From: Podarcis gaigeae
Taxonomy: Eukaryota
Length of the DNA: 64,000 nucleotides
Assembly: GCA_964106915.2 (NCBI GenBank)
Contig: OZ066917.1
Strand: one strand, 5' to 3'
Shown: piece by piece, positions 49,301 through 61,076 of the stretch
Numbering within the stretch: the stretch's first letter is position 1
How the letters are laid out: each line of letters starts with the position of its first letter
Notes under the pieces: model-generated
The model's input: only the letters and a program-made list of their open reading frames with translations
What the model was told of the DNA's origin: nothing
Databases searched by the model: none
Program-made: the position numbers and the translations under genes

Positions 49301-52300
49301 GCAGAAAAGGGGAGGTAAGGGGAAGTCTGGGAAGTAAGGTTTACGAAAAAGAGGTTTGAAATTATACATGTTTATATGTTTTGTTTGTCTATGTATTGTG
49401 TGTTGTTTTGTTTTTAATCTGTGTTGGAAAACCAATAAAAAAATTAAAAAAAGAGATCCAGTGTGGTATAGTGGTTAGGGTGTTGGACCTGTAGGACCTG
49501 GGTGACCAGAGTTCAAACCCTCACGCAGCCATGAAGCTCATTGGATGACATTGACTATTTGTTTATTCACAAGCCCTCAACCCACATGTATACCAATCAT
49601 TAGGGGTAAGCATTTTTCTAGCAAACCAAAAAATCAAACATTTGTTGAACTTTCAATTGTAGTCTCAGATCTGCTGACTCCTCCTGCTTCATAATAGGGA
49701 TAGACATAGGTGTGAAGGAGGCACATTTGGGACAAGCTAGAAGAACTGTGTTCATACTCAATCAGTAAATGACCATGATAATGCTATTAATACTTCGTAC
49801 ATCTGTGTCCACTTACGGTCTGTGTGGCTGAAAGCTCTGAATTCAATATGAAAACCCCTGTGTGTGACCAGTTCATCTGAATGGAAATGGATGGCCACTG
49901 AATAGCCATATTCCTTGACCCTGCTGCCTTCCCCAATAGGTTTACAATATCTGATATGAATAAAACACAACAAAATTACAGATATATAATACATCACTAT
50001 AATAGAACTAATCAAAGAGTGTATTTGCAGTGCGATTCTATAGTGCATGCTTACGCAGATGTAAGCCTCATGGAATTTGATGGGACTCCCAGGTCAGTAA
50101 GTATAGGATTGCAACCAAGCGGAGCAACCATAAGATGGTGGTGGAGAGATTCTATAGTGGACGGTGTAGAAGTAGGGTCAATGGAAGGGAAAATAAGTAC
50201 CCCATCTCCAAGGCTGGCACAGTTCTTTCCTTGGTTTGGCGAGGCAGTGAGAAGGTGATGGAGAAACCAGGAGGTCTTTGGACCCAAGGCGTCCCTTTTT
50301 CTTCCTACTGCCTTCAGCTCACTGACAGTGGGAGAGTAATTGCAGTGGAGCTTTCTGTGGAAAGGGATGTCCATAGCATCCTATGGTCTCTCAGCCTCCA
50401 TCACAGGCGGCACAGGACTGCTCCTCTTTAATTGCATTCATCATAACTTGTCGTTTTGACAACTTCTCATGACTCAAGATTGTGTTACAGTTGTCATTTT
50501 TCAGAATTCCAGTCCAGATTAAGGACTCATCTGTGCTATACATTTAAAGCAGTTTCATGCCACTTTTATCATTCATGGCTTTCCCCAAAGTATTTTAGGA
50601 ACTGTACTTTGTTAAGGGTGCTGAGAGTTGTTAGGGGACCCCTGTTCTCCTCACAGAGCTCCATTTTTCAGAAGTAAGAGGGGGTGTCAGTTAAACCACT
50701 CAGTCAGTTGAAATTTGGTTCTATTGTGGTAGGGTTGCTTTGTGTCCTCATTTTCCAATACACATCCTCTTTTTCAGGGGCATAATTTCTGTCTGGGTAG
50801 ATTTTTTTAATTTGCCAAAATGTCTCCGGCTATACTTGATGAATGTGTCATAGACATAATGAATGGTCTTCTCTTCCCCTGCCCCCCTCAGCAATATATC
50901 ACAGCTTCTATGGCCTACATATAGTAGGGGTATTTAGTCATCATAGTGTCCTCTTTTTTGCTCTTAAAAATATGGCAACCCTACATTGTGGCAAAATGTG
51001 GTCAGTTTTTCAAATTTTATTATTCTAATTTGACTTACAACCCTTTCCTTTTTTAATTATCTATAACCAGAAACGACTCTTCACCTATGGATGTCAACAG
51101 AGTTGTTTCAAGAAAAGTAGAAGAAAAGGTTGTAGCTCACCTAATTCCATCAATTTCCAACCAATCTTTATCACATCTATTGGATCCAAGGGATGGTTCC
51201 TGAACTTGTATTACAAGAATTTTTAGCAGCAATCTATAGCCAGGCAGTGGTGCCTAAGATATAAAAAAGCATTTAAAAAAATAAAAAGCATGGGGAAGAA
51301 CATTTATTGTACTTTTAATACTTAAAAACAACCTGCCTCTTGGTCCTAAGCACATGAACAGTGCGATCCTGTCTGGTCTACTGAGATGTAAGTCCTACCA
51401 AGTTCAGTGGTACACCCAGGGAAGTGGGCATAGAAGGTATGGGAAACTTGTGCGGCCATCCAGATATTGTTGGACTACAGTTCCCATAATTCCTAAGCAC
51501 TGCTCAAGTTGGCTGGGACTGATGGAAACTGGAGTCTACGAACATCCAGTGGACCACAGGTTCACTACCGTAGATTATAGAATGGGATCCATTACACACA
51601 TACCTGGAACATACCCTCTCCCCTGTTGGTTTCTGTTGGGAGACGGATGTGATGTTACTGGTTTCTTGTTCCTTTGTTCTTCAGTTGCTCTCTGCTTTCA
51701 CAGAGAGAGCATGTATATTTCTTTTCTGTCTGCGTAGTGAGAAATAAAGCCTAGCAATGTAGCTCATATTTCTCATCCCTTCTGCTGTTTTGGATACTCT
51801 GGTGAATGGGGAATGTGCCTGGAGCCTTATCAAAGGCTCAGGTCATTAATCATTATCGGAGGAGATTCCGGAGGGCTCGACCAGAGGAGTAGCTCGGTCG
51901 TAGCGGAGATTCCGACACCCCCCCCAACTTAACATAGGCGGGATGATAACGGAAACAAACCCCCTTCTTTCAATGAGCATGAGATTGCAATGTGTTTATG
52001 TGCCCCGGTTTTCCCACTGCAAAAAGTACCATATTGGCCTGAATATAAGCCGCACCCAAATATAAGCCACACCTTTAAAATTGGAGGGGGGAAAGAAAAA
52101 AATACCCGAATATAAGCTGCTCCATTCCTCGCTGCTCCTGGGCATACTGGGCAGGGAGGTGGGAACTGCACTGTGTTGCTGGCGGCCTTTCCCCTCCCTC
52201 ATTCTCTCCCTTCCCGGCCTTGGGGGAGAGGATGGGGGACTACATGCGGGGTGGGCGCCGCTTTGCCGCGCTCCTGGCTGCATACTGTAAGATCATGAAT

Positions 52301-54184
52301 ATAAGCCACACTTTAACTTTTCATGGTCAGAATTTGGGGGAAGGGAAAAGTGAGGCTTATATTCAGGCCAATATGGTACTTTTAAGCTTTCTGCCTTGCT
52401 TACCAGGCTCTGGGAAAATCTTACGTGGGCTCGCAAAATGTAGTGATATCTCAGATGGCCCAGAGATATCCCACAAGGGCCTCCTGAGCCTGTGTGAGAT
52501 CTTCCCTGAGCCTGGTAAGAAAATCTAAGAGCTTTTAAGCTCTTCACCTTGCGTGTGTTTCATTTGTTCAGTTCCAGCTGGCCAGCTGCCAAGAGCGTAA
52601 AGCTGTGATCGCACACGTTACACGTGTGCAAGATGTGAGTTGACTGCAATAGAGAGTGCAGTAGGATCATGAATGCTACCCTAGTCTCTTCGAGGAAGAT
52701 TAGGGCACAATGTTATAACAATCCAAAATCCATATTAGGCTGATATAATGCCTATTTCTCCTCACCACACAAACGATAATCACATGTATGTAAGATCTGT
52801 CATTTCATTTAAAATTATTTCCTTCTGTTTTTCTGGTCTCCTTGTTTTAGAAGAGCTTTCTTTTTTGGGGGGGGGAATCAAGTTTTTAAAAGATTTTCAT
52901 TAAAAAGTTCTCTGTTACTTCTAAGAGTACATACTCTAATAATCCAGTGGCAGTCAATATTCGGTGGATAGTAACTTGGGTAGTATGGAGAAATTACAGT
53001 CCCATTCCAAGAGATGTATCGACCACCACATACTAAGGAGAAAATAAAACAAAACATTATTATTCTGAAGAACTGCTCATCTCTTGTTATGGAAAGCATG
53101 GGAAAAGCTCTTCTTGAAGTGAATGGAAGGTTTTTTTTCATATGCAAGTAGCTGGTCCGAGGTGGTGGAGCAAAAAAGAATTACTATAGGTGGGTAGTAT
53201 TAAATTCACCACCACCACCAAATATAGATCAGGTGTTCTGCGTGGGCAACCTGATTTTAAAAAACCTGCATCTAAGTGCACAGTTGTGGAGCTAATAGAT
53301 CATCTGGCTTTTCCCTCAGGAAAGAAAGAATGGCATAGAAATAACTCTCTCTACTCTGCTAGGCCAAAGGGGTTCTTCCTTTCTCATTGTGCAAGGGAAA
53401 ACACATACAAAGTACGATGATTCACTTATTTCCCCCTATGCATCATACAACAAATGACATTTGGAACCCCCTTCACTGACTTTCAGAAGCTGGTTGTTTT
53501 GCTGCTCAGAGAATATGCTTTCACAGTGATGAAATGTGGAGGCAGCTCAGTTTGCCACCATCCGCTTTGAGAAAAATTTGCAACAGATTTGTATACGTTT
53601 GTAATAAGAAGGGTGACAGAATTAGTATTCCCCCCAAAGCATCTTTCATCACTTGGCTCACTCTTCTAAATGCCATTGTGAACTTGAGAGAGCTACTGTC
53701 CCAAGTCACTTGAATCACGAGTCATTCAATACAGCCAAAAAGTGGATAGTTTCATGCAACCCATGTCAGTCTTAGAGAACCCTAATATTATTATAGAGTC
53801 AGGTCAAAATAATCCTTGAATCCATGTCTAACCCCATTTTAAATCCACATAAATATTTCAAATATAACACAACTACATGTGAGCCATCAAAAGTTGTTCA
53901 CAAACAATGCTTGGCATCTGGCAACTACATACCAATTTTAGGAACTGCTTGAAAATATGCATTCAATATATTGCTCTCTTTTCTTCGGTCCAATGAGAAT
54001 GTGACCAACATGACATTACTCGATGAAGTTAAACGTATAACTGGGGACGTCCAGGCCCCGGACGACCCACACCATCTGAAATACATCCAGGCAGATTACA
54101 AAGCTGATTTGGACAGCAGAAAATCTCTTCCACTACTATACGTACCACCCAAGGGGCCTTGGGACACAGGGTGCTCTATCCCAT

Positions 54185-54234
<50 letters not shown>

Positions 54235-57200
54235 CTGCTTTGTGTCTATGGAGCAAACTTTTAATTTTTATTTATATAATTTTTATTACATTTTCTAATT
54301 TACATTTCAAAATATTCATTTAAACAACCTTAAACCAATGACTTCCCTTCTTTTTCCACAGTTCATTTTGCATACCTTAAAGGTAAAGGGGCCCCTGACC
54401 ATTAGGTCCAGTCGTGGCCGACTCTGGGGTTGCGGTGCTCATCTTGCTTTATTGGCTGAGGGAGCCTGCGTACACCTTTTGGGTCATGTGGCCCGCATGA
54501 CTAAGCTGCTTCTGGCGAACCAGAGCAGCGCACGGAAACGCCGTTTACCTTCCTGCCGGAGCGGTACCTATTTATCTACTTGCACTTTGACGTGCTTTCG
54601 AACTGCTAGGTTGGCAGGAGCAGGGACCGAGCAACAGGAGCTCACCCCATTGCGGGGATTCGAACTGTGACCTTCTGATCAGCAGCTCCTAGGCTCTGTG
54701 GTTTAACCCACAGCGCCACCCGCGTCTCTTCGCATACCTTACATCCCTGCATATTTTACATAAACTAAACCATTCTGTAATCCATTGCTACATCCATCAA
54801 AACTTATTTACACTGTTGGATTTATCTTAAAGCCACCAGCATTTTTAAATGAACACAGTTTTCATCCATGTATACTGTAAACATTTTCCGGTCTTCTTTA
54901 AACATACATTCTTCTTGTTCTCTATATGTTAAAACTGCAAGCTGTGTGTATTCCATCAGTTTAAATTGGCATTCTTCTTTGGTTGGGACCTCACTCATTT
55001 TCCATTTTGAGGCTAGCATACATAAATAGTCTTTTTTGACACCTGGAAATTTATCCCCAACAAAAAGGACTCTGTTTTGTTTTTGTTTTTTGAAAGGCAC
55101 TTTTAAACATTTCCCCCCAGTTCATTATATATCATTTCCCAATACTCTTTTACAAGTCCACCACATATGATAAAATGTACCCTCAACCTCATTAGATCTC
55201 CAGCATGGAGCAAACTTTTAAAATGCTCTTACCTTGTAATGATCTTATTTTGCAGAGGGAGAAGGAAGTCATATGCGGATAGCCTGTGAGATGCACAGCT
55301 CCCAGGAGTCACGCTATGCAAGGGAACAACCACTAGTCTCACAACGTGGTCCGATGGAACTCGCAGCCTCCACTGATAAAAAGGTCTCTTAGGATTCATC
55401 AGTGTTAAGGTCCTATTATTACCAGGCTTTGCATAGAGGTCAAAGGCCACTGGTAGACAAAACCAAAATAAATCAGTGGCTGAAAAGCAGAAAAGCAGAG
55501 AAATGAATCCAGACCCTGTCGGCCCAGATCCCAGGAACCAGTTGTCTACGCCACAAAAGGCAGGCTTGTCCATCACATCAGACAAGGACTGAATACATTA
55601 TGAGACAGCTCTGTGCTATGCTCTCACCCCATGAAGTTGTCCTCCTTTGGGACAAGGCGGAGGCACAAAGGAGATGAAAAAGGATCTACACTGGGCACCT
55701 GATTAGTGGCTAGAAGACTTGAATTTCTCTGTACCAAGCCAGCACCTTTCACCAGATAATTGAATGCAAAGCAGCTCTAAGTGCATCAACTATTGGAAAA
55801 AGCAGGTGAAACACATCAGCTTAAGTAGAGCACACAGTTGGAGACAATTCCTCTTTCTTACAGCACTTTCTTAAGCACAATTGTTTAGAAATCTTACTGA
55901 GGTCTATGGGGCTTACTCCCGACTACAGCTGTATCCTTAAGGTAAATACAGAAAACATCATTTGTATAATATCTAACCCTTCCGGCATTAAAAAGATCAT
56001 TGTGAGCTTCACCATACCCATTGTGCGGATGAGGAATCATGACTGACTTGTCCACAGCTGTTGAGGCGAACAGTTTAATTGTTAGTCCACTAAGTCAAGC
56101 CAGCTCAAAATTTCTCAGATCCATAAACCATGTCAGCATATCGGTCTTCTTCTTTTTAGTTTATCCAGAGGTTAAGACCATATTGTGGCCCAGCCAGCAG
56201 GACTAAACAATTACGGTTCTTCTCACATATCATCCCATTAATTACAGTCATATTGTAGGGACAAAACAGCTCAGAACTGATCTGCTGTTATCATGCCATA
56301 ATCTTTGAGCAGCATGCTTCAAGGCACAGAAGCAATTCCCAAAAGAGAGGGAGATTTTTGTTCTTATCTTTGGTGAAGGGCTGGAGCAGAGATCAAGGCT
56401 TCTGGCCCCTTCCAGAGATCCTACTCAGATGACATCTGTGGGGGTAGGAATACATGGATGGAGGGAACAGTACTGGTCTTGCTGCCCTCATTTCCCCCAT
56501 CTGCTTGTTCACCTAAAGCTGTGGACAAAGCCTATGTGTGCTCTGTTTACTACTTCAAGATACAGGAGCTGGCCAGCAAGTGCACTCCTGATAATCTACT
56601 GCTGCCGCCGCCACCACCACTCTCTTCCACATGTCTCTAGCAAGTTCTTATACAGCCTTTATAAAATAAGCAAATAACTCCTCATACCTCACATTTTGAG
56701 AGTGCAACATTGATTTAAATTGGCCAATTATGCAACTGACAAGTGGGGCCTGTAAGAAAAATGCTGCAGTGTGGAGCTCTCCAGCCAGCCATGTCCTCTT
56801 CTAAGATAGTCCATTCCATTCCCCTTTTCCTCAGTTTTCAGTCACAAGTACACATAACTGTCAATCAGCTCAGTGCTCATTTTGGGGTTCAGTTCTCCTT
56901 ATGTCCCTTCTCTGCCTGTTGTATGATTATTATCCCTCCCTCTTATGCATGGATAGTGCTATTTTGGCAACATGGGGATCCATACACAGACTTCAGTTTG
57001 CCACTGTTATAACACCATCTACTGAGAAACTTTGAATGGATTACAGTCCCAGATTTAGAAGATTAGGAGAAGGCCCTTTGGAAATGCTTAAATAGTCTGG
57101 ATTCATTTTTATAAGCTGAAAATAGGGATGCAGAAGAAATTTGATTTTGTTTGCATTTTAACAAGGAACTACATAATTTGCATTTCTCAAACCGCAGGGT

Positions 57201-60200
57201 GAACCAAAACACAACTATCCTTCAACATTCTCCCTTTTCAAAATTTTGCAGTCCAGTTCTCCATCTGAACTCTTTCTCTCTCTGGCATCTGTTAGGGAAG
57301 CATCTATGCAAAATATCTTTATTAGTGAACATAACATACAAAAAAGGGTTTTGTAAGGGAAAATTGCTTGCATAAATATGTATATTAGTCAACACTGGAT
57401 GCAAAAATCTGTTTATTAGGATAAATTCATGTCATGCTAAAGGGCTGGTGAATTTTCATGAAGATTTCGCAAAGATTTTTTAAAGTGGCAGATTGCTGCA
57501 GAAATGTGGAGAGCTGAAATGAATAGGTCTGTCCATCTTTGCAGACAATAGTTGCAACTGACTCAGAGTGCAATACTTTTTTTTCTGCAGAAGCAGCCTT
57601 GGAATGAAAATGAGTTGCATAGGAGTGCAAAGGTGGCCTTGAGCAACCCTGTTCATTTCCATGACTCTTCAGCTGGAGATGTTCCTCTTATTCACTGAAT
57701 CCTTTAGGTTCAACTTAAGAGCAAGCGCTGATGAAACAAAAGAAAGTTGTGCTGGAGCAACATTTGAAATGGTGTGCCATTGGACAATGGGGACAAACAT
57801 AGCTCTTACCTGCTTTCCATGTCACATCATAGTCCATAGAATCTGAAACTAAAAATGATGAAGAATCCTCAAAATTAGTGGCATATGCATTCCTATGAAT
57901 TATTGGAACTTCTAAAGAATATAAAAAATAATGTTACCAAAGAGCTCCATGGTAATAACATCAAAATCCTCCTCCAAAGAATATACTTCAGCTGTGCTGT
58001 TTTCAGTTGCAGGTGCCCGTTTACTGAGTATTTGCTTTTGCTTCGTCGAAGACAGATTTTGAATAGAAAGAACCATATCTTGAGGGGCCCAAAATGTACT
58101 CCAGTAATAAGCTCGAAGGCCACTCTTTCCTTCACTGGAGGAAGATGACAAAATAAGATTGAAGAAGAGCATTGGCTTGGAGAGGGACGTCTTGTTCCTC
58201 TCTGCCTGTGCTCAAGGGTATCAGGGCAGATTTGCAGCACATGGGGAGAAGTCTGTGAGTTAAATGGGGTCACACATTCAAACTACAAGCACCAATCAAT
58301 CCATGCTCACAGAGACTTTTTTTTCTTTTTTCCTCCCTAGGGAGATTCCTGCTCACATGAAGATGGTTGTTTACTATTCAGATCCTGCACTTCACCATAA
58401 ACTAAGGGTGAAATGCAACCACTAACAATGTGGCTATGCACATCTGAAAGGAGCTGGTGAACTGGGAAGTCCTTGGTTCACATTTAACCTCAGTTGCACA
58501 ATATTTATGTGGCATTATACATGACTGTAGACCAGTTCCTGTCTATTCTGAATCTAGCGTGCTCCCACCATTGGTTTGGGAAGCTGTATAAACACCATTT
58601 TAGCCACAATCCTTAGGTATCGTGCCATTTCTCATGAAATACTATGCTCTGATATCCATCTCCCCCCTCAAACAAACAATCAAAAACAGCTTTGATCCAA
58701 ACAGAGAAAAAGAGCAACCTAGCTTCATTTTAATCTGGTAATGTGTACCCAGCCCAAGTCACTGTCTCTCAGCCTCATTCATCTCATGAGGCATAATGCT
58801 CATATTGAGGTGGGAAATGTCTTTTGAATGTGTTTAAAATGTATATTGTGTATGCAGCAAAGGCAGAAATGAGCTGCATTGAACTAAGTTTCATTGCTTT
58901 TGTATATGTTCTTTGACTTGGGCAGCAAATAGTCTTAGACCAGTGCTAACCATCCACTGACCTTCACATTCACTTCCCCTGCTTAGACTATTTCAAAAAG
59001 GCTCATGATTCATCTGAGATGGAATGGGAAGTTTATTTAGAATTCCAGCCAAAGTCTAATCTGAACTGGAATAAGACTAAATGCCTAATGAGATCCTCTA
59101 CTTAATATTATTATTTTCTGATTTTTGAAAACATGAATAGAAAAGACAACAAATGCCTACAGTCTGAAAAGGGGTTTTTGAAATTCTGGTACTTACCTAA
59201 AAGCAGTAATAACAGATGTCAAGTAATAATTCCCTAAGGCAGAAGATCCATACAATTCTGGAAACTGAGAGTTAAATGATTAGAAAACTACATATAAAGA
59301 ACAAGAAAAGGTCTGTAAAATATACAGTTTTTTAAAAGTGTTCTGAGTAACAAAAACATTTTCTTGCCATTGTTTTATGTCTAGCACAAATAAGTAGGTA
59401 GCCAGCACTGGTCGATTCATTTTTACAAGGCAGCATGATACTGATTCTTCATGAAATAGTAGTTATTGAATGACAAAAATCAGTATTGATTTAGATTATT
59501 TAAGATCTCTGTCATTTCTGGCTTCTAATCAGGTCATGGTCCACTCATGCAACCCATGCACAAAGCAGCTTTGAGGTACCTGGTGAATTCAGTTGGGAAA
59601 TGCAGGCTAACAGAGAGATGCTTTGTATTTTCAAGCCTTCTGTTAGCACGGAGCTAGAAAAGTGTATTGATCTCGCAAATAGAGTAAACTTGGGAGAGAA
59701 GTGCAAGAAAGCAAGTATTGTTGTGCTGGAAGAGGGAATTTGAAAAGAGGATTGATTTAAATATAAACTAATTGTCCAAAAATCTCCACAAAGAAATGCA
59801 CTAAGGCGGCAATCATATACAAGCTTACTAGGGGCTAAGTTGTATTTAACTCAGTGGGGACTATTTCTGAGTAGGCAGAGGATATATATGAAATATCTAC
59901 TGTGCAAAGCCAAAGAAGACACAACTCTGCTTACAGGAAATGGACCGGAGAGTGTGTTTTTCTAATTCTAGAAAGCTTAAGATAGTTCAGTTCCTAAAGC
60001 ATAACGTCAAAGTGGCACCCTTGTTCAACAGCAAAAATACAAATTGACCACTTTTTGGGTGGGTGTGAAAAGTGCTGCCCATACCAGGTTGTCTCGGCAT
60101 GCTTAGTGGGAAGACTGACATTGGTAATGGTCTTCAATTTTGATCAAGCCACCACAATCCTCCCTTTAAGGCAACTCAAAAAAAGATAGGTGCATGTCCC

Positions 60201-61034
60201 TTAACCGTGCCTCAGCAGGTCTAGTTTCATCAGCGGCATATCCCAAGTACAAAACCTATCAAATGAAATTTGAACCAAAATGTAGTCCTTTATATTTTCC
60301 ATAGGCAAACTCACACAATTCTGGACAGCTTCAGCTTGCAATATAAACGTATGCGATTTGGGGTGCATTAGGTCACTTGTGTAGGTCAAGTTAGGAATTT
60401 CTAGACTTCCACCAATGTAGATGAAAGAGAATGCAGGAGCTGAAAAGAAGGGAGGGGAAATATTAGCAAAACAAAAACAGGTTAGTTCGTGTGGGGGGGG
60501 GGAGGTTGCTTAAAAAGGCATAACTTCTGTATTAATAGGAAGACCCTTCCTTTTAATACACAACATCAAATCAAAGTCAACTACAAAATTTTATTCAAAA
60601 AATACTATCAGATGATCTTCCGTATTCAAATGGAAATCCACTTTCACTGGATTCAATTGAAGACACAACTATTGGATGACTCTGACTTTTGTCAGTGCCT
60701 GCTCATAATATTCTCAAGTGATCAAGAAGGTGTATGTAGGACTTTCTTGCACACACTATGCAAATGCTTAACTTTGAAATGTTATTGATTTTTATCTGTA
60801 TGTTTTCTAACCATTTTTTTAAAAGGTTCAAGCTAAATTCAGACCCAAGGGGCAACACTTTTAAATTATTTGGCTTTGCAGTTAGTGTAGAATTAGCAAT
60901 ATTTGCAAACCATAGATCCTGAGTACAGAGTGTTCCCCCATTGCATCAACTTTTTGCATTAGTGGAAAGCAGATTTGTTAAAGAAAAGCCACTCAGAGTG
61001 GCTGGGGCAATCCAGTCAGATGGATGGGGCTACA

Positions 61035-61076
<42 letters not shown>

